A DNA stretch of 64,000 nucleotides from Gemmatimonadota bacterium (GTDB lineage Bacteria; Gemmatimonadota; Gemmatimonadetes; Longimicrobiales; Gaopeijiaceae), in assembly GCA_034521595.1 (NCBI GenBank), contig JAXHMG010000003.1:896001-960000 (forward strand), given 5' to 3'. The first letter of the stretch is position 1, and the number at the start of each line of letters is the position of its first letter. The position numbers were made by a program, and so were the translations under genes. Positions 9,424 through 19,689 of this stretch are shown piece by piece. The notes under the pieces are model-generated. The model saw only the letters and a list, made by a program, of their open reading frames with translations, did not search any database and had not been told where the DNA came from.

Positions 9424-10100
9424 GGATCTATAGGGGGATGGACACCGGCCTTCGAGGTGAGCATGAGATAGGTGTCTGAAGTCTCACCCCCCGCTCGGCC
9501 GGGAGGACACGGTGTATACTCTCAGCATAGCACCCTACTTCCCGTTTGCGGGAGTCTTTCCGTTGACGCAAGTGGTCAAACAGGTGGGAGCGGGCCAGCC
9601 GAGCCTGATTACGTTCACGCCGGATCCTGCCGCGCTGCCCGTCTGCTCGGGGTGTGGCCGGCCGGTCGAGCCGGTCCACACCTACCACATGCGCAGGGTT
9701 CGAGATCTCAGCCTTGCTCGAGCGAGGATCGAGTTCCCCGTGCCGCAGCGGAAGGTACGCTGCCCCGCCTGTGGGATCTGGGCTGAGAGCCGCGACTTCC
9801 TCGATCCGGCTGCTGGCCATCGACGAGATCAGAGGTGCACAAGGGCCATCGCTACGTGACGACCGTGCTCGACTTCGAGGCGGGCCGTCTCGTTTGGGGC
9901 GTAGAGGACCGAAGCAAGAAGACCGTCGAAGGCTTCCTCGGTGCGCTCTCCGACACGCAGCTCGCTTCGGTCGAAGATGCGGTGCGAGGAAGGACCAGCT
10001 CAAAGAGCTCTTCGGCGACTGCCGCCCTGGCGGGGCCCGGCGCGCGCTGTATTCATGGTGCACGCTCGCGTTCGCCGGTGGCATCGCGCCCCTGGAACGA
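9424..10100 (+). mobile_element. ISL3-family IS remnant (internally deleted transposase)
   Basis: Zinc finger CSGCG..RRVRDL..CPACG; DDE segment AIDEI..HKGHRYVTTVLD..GRLVW; C-terminal piece KDQLKELF..W..GIAPLER; GGATCTATAG at 9424 resembles an ISL3 left end. Confidence 0.8.
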
Positions 10101-10109
10101 AGGACCCCC

Positions 10110-10457
10110 TCAATCCACCGGCCCCCGCGGCCAGTACATCATGATCGACACCCCCACGACACAGAGGAGTGCCCCGACGACGTCCGCACGGTCGGGGGCT
10201 CGCCCGTCCACCGTCCAGCCCCAGAGCAGGGAGAGGACGACGAACACGCCCCCGTACGCGGCGTAGACGCGTCCGAAGTGGGCGGGTTGCAACGTCGGCA
10301 CGACGCCGTAAAAGAAGAGCACGAAGCCGCCCAAGACCCCCAACCAGACGGCGCGCCCGTCCCGCAGCCACAGCCACACGAGGTAGCCTCCGCCGATCTC
10401 CAGGAGTCCCGCGGCCACGAAGAGCGCGATGGAGCGGGCGATCATGCCCGGGCTCAT
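10110..10457 (-). CDS. ynfA: YnfA/UPF0060-family small multidrug-type membrane protein
   Basis: [34 protein letters not shown]. Confidence 0.92.
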   Translation of the reverse strand: MSPGMIARSIALFVAAGLLEIGGGYLVWLWLRDGRAVWLGVLGGFVLFFYGVVPTLQPAHFGRVYAAYGGVFVVLSLLWGWTVDGRAPDRADVVGALLCVVGVSIMMYWPRGPVD

Positions 10458-10462
10458 GGACG

Positions 10463-10900
10463 TCACGGGCCCGCCCGCGCCGCGCGGTCCGCGCCTAGCA
10501 CCACGGGGATGCGAACGGAGGTCCGGTCCCACACGACGTGGAGGTCGGCGGCGGACGCACCGGAGCGCTCGAGCGTCATCGTCAAGAGCTCCACCTCCCG
10601 GTCGGATTCCGCGACGGGAACCGTGCCGGATCCCACGTCCCGGGCGCGCACGTCGTCATCGATGGGGATTCCCCAACGTTCGACGCTTTCGTTCACGTAC
10701 ACACGCCACTCGGAGTGGTTGGGGCTCGACATACAGCGAGTTCCACCCCGGCTCGACGGAGACGCCCGCGACGGTGCCCGCCTCCGGCATGTGGATGGCA
10801 GTAGCTTCGTCGGCATCTTGCGCAGTGAGGGGACCGGCGCAAAGCGCACCGATCGTGCAGCAGAGGGTGGTTTGGAAGATTCTGATCGGGCGAATGATCC
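10463..10900 (-). pseudogene. DUF2911-family protein remnant (frameshifted, N-terminal core deleted)
   Basis: Signal peptide joined directly to ADEATAIH..GWNSLY, then in another frame [31 protein letters not shown]. Confidence 0.6.
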
Positions 10901-10990
10901 AGACCTCCAATGAAGTTCGTGGTGGGGGCTCGCTGTTCGATGCATCGCCTCGTTCGGGCCGGCTCGCAAGCCGTGCGCCCCCGAACGACA

Positions 10991-11020
10991 AGCGGGGATG
11001 CCCTTTCGGGCATCCCCGCT
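10991..11020 (-). terminator. Strong hairpin, likely terminator of the DUF4382 gene
   Basis: Perfect 13-bp stem AGCGGGGATGCCC/GGGCATCCCCGCT with a 4-nt loop, 27 nt after the stop. Confidence 0.65.
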
Positions 11021-11047
11021 ACACTTCTCTGTCGGTTGTCGGGCCGC

Positions 11048-11950
11048 TTACGGAGTCGAGACCGAGGTGACCTCGAAGGAGATCGTCGACTCCGCACCGC
11101 TGGAGAGCGATACGCTCTGGGGTGCGGTGGGGTTCAGCGTGAAGTCGAAGGAATCCTCTTCTTGCAGCGCGATCGTGACGTCGCGCTCCTCATCCGGTAG
11201 CAGGAAGAGGAAGCTGGCCGTGAACGTGCCATCTTGGTCGGGATCCTCGAACGCCTGAGGCGCGGCCTCGGTGTCCAGCCGAGCCTCGAAGTCCGAGAGT
11301 GAGGCCTCGACCGTCGTGAGATCGACGCTGTCCGCGGCGGTCAGCTCCACGATGATGCTCCCGGTGAGGCTGATGTCTTCGGCATTGATCACTGGTGTCA
11401 TCACCCACGTACCGGACGCTCCGGCCTGCTGGCCGAAGCTCTCTGACACATCGAAGTCCAGAAGTAGGATCTGCGCGTCTCCGTCCACCTGGATGGAGCC
11501 GCCGGGCAGGTTCACCTTGATGCCTGTCTCCTCGAAGCTCGGAAGCTGAAGGCCTCCATCCGGTGTACCGCACTCGTCGAAGCCGTCGGAGGCGTAGACC
11601 TGCTCACTGCCGTCCTCCTGCTCGACGCCGATGCAGGCTTCAGGGATGATGAACCGGAGCTGTGTGTAGGTCCCGGCTTCAACCGTCTCATCCTCGACGA
11701 GGGTTGCTACGTCGTTCGCGAGGGTGAGTAGGTCCGTCGTGAACGGAGTGTCACGGAGCACCAACGGATCGCCATCGCCAACGAGCTCGACGCTCTCGAT
11801 GGTGACGCGGGCCTGGGTGAAGTCACCCGGCGCGTCCGTGAGCATGAGCGACACCGTGCCGGGGTCACCGACCGTGGTGGTGTCGTCGTCGCACGCAACT
11901 ACCGACAGGCTGAGCGCGAGGGCGAGCAGTCCTAAGACTGGGCGAGGCAT
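11048..11950 (-). CDS. DUF4382-domain lipoprotein
   Basis: Lipobox VVAC; LMLTDAP, DLLTL, GTYTQLRF, LQLPS..GIKV, LDFDVSESF. Confidence 0.85.
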   Translation of the reverse strand: MPRPVLGLLALALSLSVVACDDDTTTVGDPGTVSLMLTDAPGDFTQARVTIESVELVGDGDPLVLRDTPFTTDLLTLANDVATLVEDETVEAGTYTQLRFIIPEACIGVEQEDGSEQVYASDGFDECGTPDGGLQLPSFEETGIKVNLPGGSIQVDGDAQILLLDFDVSESFGQQAGASGTWVMTPVINAEDISLTGSIIVELTAADSVDLTTVEASLSDFEARLDTEAAPQAFEDPDQDGTFTASFLFLLPDEERDVTIALQEEDSFDFTLNPTAPQSVSLSSGAESTISFEVTSVSTP

Positions 11951-12199
11951 TGTTGACTCCTTCGATTGGATCGGGCGTTCTGAGGTTGTGGCCACCTTCG
12001 GCCCATTGGTGCATGAGCCTCGGCAATTCACACTCCACACTCCACGAGGCCAGCGAAGGTCACATGCGCGGCTCCGGTGGCTCGGAGGCCGCCCGTTGCC
12101 CCTCTTGACATCGGGGACTGGGACCTGGATCAGCAACCAGCCCGAGAAGGCGTGCGCGGTCGCCTCGAGCGTCCGGGCTGTCCACCAGCGGGCGATCCG

Positions 12200-12355
12200 T
12201 CGGAAGGCAAGCTCGGCAACGTGATCGTCACCGACGGAGATCCGCTGGAGATTCGGACCCGAGTGCGGGAAGTCTTCATCCTCGGCCGTCGGGTGGACAC
12301 CGCCAACCGGCATCGCGAGCTCTACGAGCGGTATCGGGCGCGGCCGGCGCCGTGA
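12200..12355 (+). pseudogene. Amidohydrolase C-terminal fragment
   Basis: GKLGNVIVTDGDPLEIRTRVREVFILGR..NRHRELYERY with no upstream body. Confidence 0.6.
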
Positions 12356-12442
12356 GCCCCATCCCCGAGGGGGCTTCGCCGGTCGACGGGAACCGGGGTC
12401 GCGGGGCGAGCATGACGGCTCCGGCTCGACCCGGCCTCCTTG

Positions 12443-13681
12443 TCAGCCTCGTGCCACCCCGTACGGGAGACCGTCCCTGAGCGTCACGTACGGCACCAGT
12501 CGGCGGCTCCCGGGCCTGGTGTTGCCCGTCGCGTCCACGAAAGTGTAGTCGCCCTCGACTACCTCGAAGACCGACACGTCGGCCGCGGCGCCGGGCCGGA
12601 GCGTCCCGAGCTCGGCGCCGTAGGCGAACACCTTGGCCGCGGTGTCCGTGCAGGCGGCGACGCACTCTTCGAGCGACATCCCGAGGGCCATGAACTTCGA
12701 GACGTTCGTGGGGAGGTCGAACACGGGGCCCGTCACATTGCCGTCGTGCACGTCACTCGAGATGAGCTGAGGGCGAACGCCCTGGTCCAGAATGCGCTCG
12801 GCGACGTCGAAGTCGAGGTTGCCCCGCCCGTGGCCGATGTCGAGCCACACTCCGTTTTCGATGGCTTCCCGCACCTCGGGATATACCCGCCCCCCGTCGT
12901 CGAGGATGCTCCCGGTTCGGCGGAACGCGTGCGTGATGACGTCCCCCGGACGCAAGAACTCGAGGATCCGGGGAAGGGGCGAGGACTGTCCACCGATATG
13001 GACGGTGACGGGGACTCCGGCCCGGTCCGCTGCCTCCCGGGTGCGGCGCATGACCTCGATGTCGGCCCTGTCCTCGATCCCCGAGAGCATACGCACCTTG
13101 ATGCCGACCGCGACCTCGGGACTCTCCTCGATCGTGCGGACCACGGCGTCGACGTCGACGTAGTCCAGCAAGGCGAGTTCGTTCGGCGCGGTCATGCCGG
13201 TGCGCGACATGTTGACCAGCCCGTAAACGCGGGTCCTCGCCGGGCGGGCGACGTAGTCCCGGAAACCCGGGAAGCTCACCGCGCCGGCCGAGCCCGCGTC
13301 GACCACCGTGGTGACGCCCCGAGCGATCCCCACCAGATCCGGGTCGATGCCCAACGTGGGAACACCAGGATAAACGTGCGTGTGCACGTCGATCATGCCG
13401 GGGGTCACGAGCTTGCCACGAGCGTCGACGACGTGGCTCACGTCGTCGATGGAGAGCTGCTCTGCGATGTCCGTGACGCGCCCTCGGGTGATGCCGATGT
13501 CCCGTACGGCGTCGATGCCCTGGGCCGGATCGAGGAGCCGGCCGCCGCGGACCACCACGTCGTGCGCGTCGAGCGCGTGCCCGCGCCAGTGGTGCTGCGG
13601 GCGAATGGCGGGCAAGCCGGCCGCTGCCACTAGCGCACCGGCCGTGCTCGAAAGAAACTCGCGACGGGTCGTGTCGGTCAC
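12443..13681 (-). CDS. Amidohydrolase/deacetylase-family metallohydrolase (dihydroorotase-like) with Tat signal
   Basis: TRREFL twin-arginine motif; PGMIDVHTH, GVTTVVDAGSAG, GIKVR, GDVITH, DIGHG, ISSDVH. Confidence 0.88.
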   Translation of the reverse strand: MTDTTRREFLSSTAGALVAAAGLPAIRPQHHWRGHALDAHDVVVRGGRLLDPAQGIDAVRDIGITRGRVTDIAEQLSIDDVSHVVDARGKLVTPGMIDVHTHVYPGVPTLGIDPDLVGIARGVTTVVDAGSAGAVSFPGFRDYVARPARTRVYGLVNMSRTGMTAPNELALLDYVDVDAVVRTIEESPEVAVGIKVRMLSGIEDRADIEVMRRTREAADRAGVPVTVHIGGQSSPLPRILEFLRPGDVITHAFRRTGSILDDGGRVYPEVREAIENGVWLDIGHGRGNLDFDVAERILDQGVRPQLISSDVHDGNVTGPVFDLPTNVSKFMALGMSLEECVAACTDTAAKVFAYGAELGTLRPGAAADVSVFEVVEGDYTFVDATGNTRPGSRRLVPYVTLRDGLPYGVARG

Positions 13682-13889
13682 GAAATCCTCCTGTCGGGAG
13701 AGATCATGATGGGCGCGAGGCGATAGTGCTTCCCTGTTCTCCTCCAGGCAAGCACGCAGCGGGCACGGAGGGACGGGCTCGCCATGACATTGCCCGCGAG
13801 CGTTATCGAAGCCAGTTTTTTGTTCGCTATCGCCCGCTCGTGGGTCGGTGCCAAACCACCGGCCACGAGCTTCTCGCTCCTCGAACCCG

Positions 13890-16310
13890 ATGCCCGTGTC
13901 GACGCCACAAGACCACCTCGCAGTCGCACCCGAGCTCAGCCGCGACGAGATCCTGTCGGATTACCGCGTCGCCTACCTCAGCCGTCAGATGAGCCTCGTC
14001 GCCCGGCGGGAAGTCCACGCAGGCCGAGCCAAGTTCGGGATCTTCGGAGACGGCAAGGAGGTCGCGCAGGTCGCCATGGCGCGGGCCTTCGAGCCCGGAG
14101 ATTGGCGCTCCGGTTATTACCGGGACCAGACCCTGATGATGGCGCTCGGGTTGTTGACCCCGACGGAGTACTTCGCGCAGCTCTACGCCCATCCGGACAA
14201 TAAGGCTGATCCGCAGAGCGGGGGACGCTCGATGGGGGGGCACTTCGGAAGCCGGCTCCTCGACGAGCAGGGGAGCTGGACGAGCCACATGGCGCGTCCG
14301 AACTCCTCGATCGACGTTTCCCCGACGGGCGAGCAGATGCCGCGGCTGGTCGGACTGGGGTATGCCTCCCGTGTGTACCGCGAGCTGGAATCGCTCCACC
14401 ACCTGACCGATTTCTCGAACCAGGGCAACGAGGTGGTCTTCGGCACGATCGGGAACGCGAGCTGCGCCGAAGGCCTTTTCTGGGAGTCGCTGAACGCGAT
14501 CGGGGTGCTGCAGGCCCCGGTCATCCTCTCGATCTGGGACGACGGTTACGGGATCTCGGTGCCGAACGAGCTCCAGGTGCTCGGGGGTAACCTCACCGAG
14601 CTGCTCCAAGGGTTCCGGCGGCGCGACGACCTCCCGGAAGGGTATCATATCCACACGGTTCGCGGATGGGACTACGCCAAGCTCCTCGCGGTGTACCGGA
14701 GGGCGGCCGACAACGCCAGGAACGGGCGGATTCCCGGGATCGTGCACGTCATCGAGATGACGCAGCCGCAGGGCCACTCCACGTCCGGTAGCCACGAGCG
14801 CTACAAGCCCAAGGAGCGCCTCGAGTGGGAGAAGGAGTTCGACCCGCTCAAGAAGATGCGCGAATGGATGATCTCCGAGGGCGTGGCGAGCGAAGCGGAC
14901 CTCGATGTGCTCGAATCCGAGCTCGACAAGGAGGTCTTCGCGCACCGGGACGAAGCTTGGGACAACTACCGGGCCGAGCCTCTGGAGGAAGCGGCGGAGC
15001 TCGCGGGCCTCATCGAGGAAGCCTCGGGCCACTCGAGCCGCGCGGACGAGTTGCAGAGCCTGGCGAGCAAGCTGCGGAGTCAGGATTCGCCGCGTCGGAA
15101 GGAACTCGTCGAGTCGTGCCGCTCCGCGTTGATGATGGTGCGGACGGAGGGCAACCCGGTCGCTCCGCGCCTCGCCGCGTGGAACCGGGAGGAGCTCTCG
15201 AAGGGTCGCGCCCGGTTCTCCCGGTACCTCCTGAGCGAGTCGGACGAGTCGCCGCTGCGGGTGACACCGGTGCCGCCGGTCTATGGAGACGAGCCCGAGC
15301 AGGTGCGGGGATTCGAGCTCCTCAACAAGGCGTTCGACGCTATTCTCGAGCGGGATCCTCGGGTTCTCTTCTTCGGCGAGGACGTGGGTCAGCTCGGCGG
15401 CGTGAACGCCAGCCTCACCGGCATGCAGGAGAAGTACGGGGAGCTGCGTGTCGGCGACACCGGCATTCGCGAAGCCACGGTCGTCGGACAGGCCGTCGGG
15501 CTGGCCGTGCGTGGACTCCGGCCGATCGCCGAGATCCAGTACTTGGACTATATCCTGTACGCGATTCAGGTCCTCTCCGATGATCTGGCGATGATGCAGT
15601 GGCGCTCCGCCGGGGGGCAGAAGGCTCCGGCCATCATCCGGACGCGCGGGCATCGGTTGGAAGGCATCTGGCACTCCGGCTCACCCATGGCCGCGCTTCT
15701 CGGACTCCTCCGAGGGATGCACGTGGTGGTGCCCCGGGACATGACCCGGGCCGCCGGGTTCTACAACACGCTCCTCAAGGGCGACGACCCGGCGCTCGTT
15801 ATCGAGGTCCTCAACGGCTACAGGCTCCGTGAGTCGCTGCCGGAGAATCTCGACGAGCTCGCCCTGCCGTTGGGTCATCCCGAGGTTCTGCGTGAGGGCC
15901 GGGACGTGACGCTGGTGACGTACGGCGCGTGCTGCCGGATCGCGCAGGCGGCGGCCGACCTCCTTTCCGAGGCGGATATCGAGGTCGAGATCATTGACGT
16001 GCAGACTTTGCTGCCGTTCGACATCGAGCACAGCATCGTGGAGTCGCTCCGTAGGACGAACCGGCTCGTGGTGCTCGACGAGGACGTGCCGGGCGGAGCA
16101 TCCGCGTACATCACGCAGAAGGTGGTGGAGGAGCAGGAAGGCTTCATCTGGCTGGACGCGCCGCCGACGACGGTGACCGCTCAGGAGCACCGACCGGCGT
16201 ACGGCGCGGACGGTGATTTCTTCAGCAAGCCGGGCGTCGAGGACGTCTACACGGCGGTGTACGCGCTCATGAACGAGGCGAATCCGAGGAAATATCCGGA
16301 TATCGGCTGA
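13890..16310 (+). CDS. 2-oxoacid (branched-chain type) dehydrogenase E1, fused alpha+beta
   Basis: [60 protein letters not shown]. Confidence 0.93.
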   Translation: MPVSTPQDHLAVAPELSRDEILSDYRVAYLSRQMSLVARREVHAGRAKFGIFGDGKEVAQVAMARAFEPGDWRSGYYRDQTLMMALGLLTPTEYFAQLYAHPDNKADPQSGGRSMGGHFGSRLLDEQGSWTSHMARPNSSIDVSPTGEQMPRLVGLGYASRVYRELESLHHLTDFSNQGNEVVFGTIGNASCAEGLFWESLNAIGVLQAPVILSIWDDGYGISVPNELQVLGGNLTELLQGFRRRDDLPEGYHIHTVRGWDYAKLLAVYRRAADNARNGRIPGIVHVIEMTQPQGHSTSGSHERYKPKERLEWEKEFDPLKKMREWMISEGVASEADLDVLESELDKEVFAHRDEAWDNYRAEPLEEAAELAGLIEEASGHSSRADELQSLASKLRSQDSPRRKELVESCRSALMMVRTEGNPVAPRLAAWNREELSKGRARFSRYLLSESDESPLRVTPVPPVYGDEPEQVRGFELLNKAFDAILERDPRVLFFGEDVGQLGGVNASLTGMQEKYGELRVGDTGIREATVVGQAVGLAVRGLRPIAEIQYLDYILYAIQVLSDDLAMMQWRSAGGQKAPAIIRTRGHRLEGIWHSGSPMAALLGLLRGMHVVVPRDMTRAAGFYNTLLKGDDPALVIEVLNGYRLRESLPENLDELALPLGHPEVLREGRDVTLVTYGACCRIAQAAADLLSEADIEVEIIDVQTLLPFDIEHSIVESLRRTNRLVVLDEDVPGGASAYITQKVVEEQEGFIWLDAPPTTVTAQEHRPAYGADGDFFSKPGVEDVYTAVYALMNEANPRKYPDIG

Positions 16311-16402
16311 GGACGGCCGTTTCCCCGGACGGCCGTTGGAGCGGTCGCCGCGATCCGGTAGGACGCGACGAGCCCCGTAAATGGCAACAGGGAAGGTGCG
16401 CC

Positions 16403-17050
16403 GTGGACGAATCGAATGTGCCCGTCGAAGTGCTGATCGTCGACGACGTCCAGGAGAACCTTCTGGAGATCGAGACGCTCCTTCGGCACCCCCGGCGCAG
16501 CTTGGTGACCGCGGAGAGCGGCGAGGAGGCGCTCGAGACCCTCGAAGACCACGAGTTCGCCGCGGTCGTGCTCGACGTCCATCTGCCCGGATTGAGCGGC
16601 TTCGACGTGGCCGAGCGCATTCGTGCGAATCCCCGAACCCAACACGTCCCGATCCTGTTCGTCACGGCGGTCAAGCAGGAGCCTCATCACGTGTTCGTCG
16701 GGTACGAGCTCGGGGCCGTCGACTACCTGTTCCGGCCGGTCGATCCGCACGTGTTGCGGAGCAAGGTGTCGGTGTTCTGCGATCTGTGGGCGCAGCGCTA
16801 CGTGATCGCGGAGAAGAACCGCCAGCTCGAACGGCACCTCGCGGAGATCCGAACGCTGCGCGGGTTGATCGCCGTGTGCGCTCGCTGTCACCGGATCCGA
16901 GACGACGACGGGCTCTGGGAGCGTTGCGTGAGCTACGTGGCCCGGCACACCGACGCGGAGTTCACCCACGCGTACTGCGAGGAGTGCGCGGCGGAGCTGT
17001 TCTCCGACGAGGAGCTCGATGTCCACGAAGGCGCCACGTCCGACGAGTAG
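16403..17050 (+). CDS. Response regulator with C-terminal Cys/His-rich domain
   Basis: REC domain (LIVDD, LDVHLPG, GAVDYL) followed by CARCHRIRD..W..FTHAYCEEC. Confidence 0.88.
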   Translation: MDESNVPVEVLIVDDVQENLLEIETLLRHPRRSLVTAESGEEALETLEDHEFAAVVLDVHLPGLSGFDVAERIRANPRTQHVPILFVTAVKQEPHHVFVGYELGAVDYLFRPVDPHVLRSKVSVFCDLWAQRYVIAEKNRQLERHLAEIRTLRGLIAVCARCHRIRDDDGLWERCVSYVARHTDAEFTHAYCEECAAELFSDEELDVHEGATSDE

Positions 17051-17155
17051 CACGCAGCAGGTCGGGCGCGGTCCGCCGGGGGAGTGCGCAACTTTCGGCC
17101 GTCGCCGCGCGTAGGGTCGTCTGTGACCACCCTTTGCTCGTGAGGAGCCTGTCCT

Positions 17156-17458
17156 ATGGGTCTCGACTTCCTGGTGCCGATCTTCGGAATTCTGCTCGTG
17201 TTGGTGCCCGTGACGGGCCTCACCGCGATCCTGACGCTCCGGTACGGGGGCAAGCCGTTCGTGGAGACGCTCGCCCGAGAGCTTCGCGGGTCCGGTGCGT
17301 TGCCCGAGCCGCAAGCACAACGGCGGATCGAGGAGCTCGCGGAACAGGTCGAGCAGCTCACGGGGGAGGTCGAGCGGTTGCGGGAAGCCCAGAGCTTCGA
17401 CGACCGCCTCCTCGGCACGGAATCGGCCGAACGCCCTCCGTCGTCCCGATCTCGGTGA
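17156..17458 (+). CDS. Hypothetical membrane protein with coiled coil
   Basis: GAGGAG RBS; N-terminal TM helix; heptad-rich C-terminus ending FDDRLL. Confidence 0.7.
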   Translation: MGLDFLVPIFGILLVLVPVTGLTAILTLRYGGKPFVETLARELRGSGALPEPQAQRRIEELAEQVEQLTGEVERLREAQSFDDRLLGTESAERPPSSRSR

Positions 17459-17632
17459 TCGATCTTCCGCATCAACCGTGTGACAACCGTCCCTCAGGGG
17501 TCACCTTCACCGGAGAGGCGTATGTCTGAAGCCGAGCGACGCGTTGACCGAGTCGGCGGCCGCCACTAGCCTCTCACGTTCCGCGACGGCCGCCTCGGCC
17601 GTCGGCCGTCGTCTCCACACCTCCCCGCGCGA

Positions 17633-18745
17633 ATGCTCAAGGTCGGCATCGTCGGTCTGCCCAACGTGGGCAAGTCGTCCCTTTTCAACGCGCTCACGGC
17701 GGCAGGCGCACCGTCGGAGAACTACCCGTTCTGTACCGTGGATCCGAACATCGGCACGGTCGAAGTACCCGACGCGCGCCTCGATCGCATCCACGAGCTG
17801 GCCGGCTCCCGAGAGCGGGTCCCCACCGTCATCCAGTTCGTCGACATCGCCGGGCTCGTCGAGGGCGCGTCGGAAGGCGAAGGCCTGGGCAACAAGTTCC
17901 TGGGCAACATCCGCGAGATCGACGCCGTGGTGCACGTCCTCCGCTGCTTCGACCACGCGGACGTGACGCACGTCCTCGGGGACGTGGATCCGGTGCGGGA
18001 CCGGGAGATCGTGGAGACCGAGCTCGCGCTGGCCGACCTCGACACCGTCGAGCGTCGCCTCGAGCGCGTGGAGAAGAAGGCGAAGTCCGGCGAAAAAGAA
18101 GCGATCCGGGAGAAGGGCGTGCTGGAGAAGGCGCACGCGGCCCTGACGTCCGGTCGTCCCTTGCGGGGGCTCACACTGACCGACGAGGAGCGACAGGTCC
18201 TCAAGGGTTTCCAGCTGCTCACTTCGAAGCCCGTGCTCTACGTGGCCAACGTGTCCGAGCGCGACCTGCCGGAGGGTGAGAACGAGTGGACCCGAACGCT
18301 CCGCGAGACGGTGGCCGCGGGCACGGAAGGCGCGTCGGGTCAGGAAGAGATCGTGACCATCTGCAGCGCGATCGAGTCCGAGCTGGCCGAGCTCGAGGAG
18401 GACGAGCGGGCGCTCTTCCTCGCCGATCTCGGGCTCCGGGAAACCGGCCTGAACCGGCTGATCCGCGCGGCGTACGATCTCCTGGGACTCTTGACCTTCT
18501 TCACGACCGGCGAGAACGAGACCCGGGCGTGGACCGTTCGTGTCGGGAGCACCGCTCCCGAGGCCGCCGGCACGATCCACTCGGACTTCGAGCGGGGCTT
18601 CATCCGGGCCGAGACGATCCACTTCGACGAGTTCGAGCGGGTCGGCTCGTGGAAGGAGGCTCGCGACCGTGGCGTGCTCCGCTCGGAAGGACGGAGCTAC
18701 GTCGTGTCGGACGGCGACATCATGCTCTTCAGGTTCAACGTGTAG
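17633..18745 (+). CDS. ychF: Redox-regulated ATPase YchF
   Basis: GIVGLPNVGKS, NYPFCT, DIAGLV, GEGLGNKFL, IHSDFERGFIRAE, ends FRFNV. Confidence 0.97.
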   Translation: MLKVGIVGLPNVGKSSLFNALTAAGAPSENYPFCTVDPNIGTVEVPDARLDRIHELAGSRERVPTVIQFVDIAGLVEGASEGEGLGNKFLGNIREIDAVVHVLRCFDHADVTHVLGDVDPVRDREIVETELALADLDTVERRLERVEKKAKSGEKEAIREKGVLEKAHAALTSGRPLRGLTLTDEERQVLKGFQLLTSKPVLYVANVSERDLPEGENEWTRTLRETVAAGTEGASGQEEIVTICSAIESELAELEEDERALFLADLGLRETGLNRLIRAAYDLLGLLTFFTTGENETRAWTVRVGSTAPEAAGTIHSDFERGFIRAETIHFDEFERVGSWKEARDRGVLRSEGRSYVVSDGDIMLFRFNV

Positions 18746-18823
18746 AAAGAGGGCTCAACAGCCCGTGGCAGACCTCTGGTGGGCCGCGTGTGAAGCGCTC
18801 CCGCTCCGCGCCACCTCACCAGA

Positions 18824-19327
18824 TCACGATTCCGCCTCGGTCGTTTCCACCTCCTCCCCGCCGGTCTCCGACAGGACGCGCACGGCGGTGTCGGCGAGCG
18901 CGTCGCTGTGGACCGATACGACCGCGGAGCCGCGCTCGAGGGCTCCGCGGTCGAGTTTCGGCATCCCCTTCCAACGGCCGATCCCGATGAGCGCCCCCAG
19001 GGTGACGCCCGCTGCCGCCGCGGTGAGCGCACCACGGATCGCCGAACCCAGCGGGTCCGCGCCGAGCGGCCCGTCGCCGGACGAGAGGGAGACGCTCACG
19101 GTCAGAACCGCCATGCCCACCGCGCCGAGCGCGGCGCCGATCACGCCGCCCGTGAGCGCGCCCCGCAGCACGCCCGCCTCGTCCCGGACCGGCACGTCCC
19201 GCTCGGCACCGGAGGGTTCACGGATGACCACCCGGATGCTGTCCGCGGGAACGCTCGCCGACAACAGCGCACGGACCGCGCGGGTCACGCTTCGCGCGTC
19301 GTGATAGATTCCCGTGGACACTCTCAT
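18824..19327 (-). CDS. Hypothetical membrane protein (glycine-zipper helices)
   Basis: AGGAG RBS; two Gly/Ala-rich TM segments; general-stress-protein-like layout. Confidence 0.65.
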   Translation of the reverse strand: MRVSTGIYHDARSVTRAVRALLSASVPADSIRVVIREPSGAERDVPVRDEAGVLRGALTGGVIGAALGAVGMAVLTVSVSLSSGDGPLGADPLGSAIRGALTAAAAGVTLGALIGIGRWKGMPKLDRGALERGSAVVSVHSDALADTAVRVLSETGGEEVETTEAES

Positions 19328-19356
19328 GCTCTCCTCCTGATACCGCGTGATCCCGT

Positions 19357-19629
19357 ATGAACGTCACCCACGATGAGCGAAATGCCCGCTTCGTGCTCGA
19401 GCACGAAGGCACGCGCTCCATGGTGCAGTACCGGATGAGGGACGACAACATCATGCATCTGATCCGGACCTGGGTCGCACCGGAGTTCCGTGGCGGCGGC
19501 TTCGGGGTGCTGCTGGTCCGCGAGGCGCTCGACTACGCGCGCGCTCATGATCTGGAAGTCACCACGTCGTGCTGGTTCGTGGACGAATTCCTCGAGCGCA
19601 CCCCCGAGTACCAGGACCTGCGGGCGTGA
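19357..19629 (+). CDS. GNAT-family N-acetyltransferase (YjdJ-like)
   Basis: RTWVAPEFRGGGFG..ALDYAR..SCWFV. Confidence 0.85.
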   Translation: MNVTHDERNARFVLEHEGTRSMVQYRMRDDNIMHLIRTWVAPEFRGGGFGVLLVREALDYARAHDLEVTTSCWFVDEFLERTPEYQDLRA

Positions 19630-19689
19630 CGCGGCCGGCGCGCTGTCGCCCCGCCCCCGCGAGACCGCCTACTCCACCTCGACATCGGC

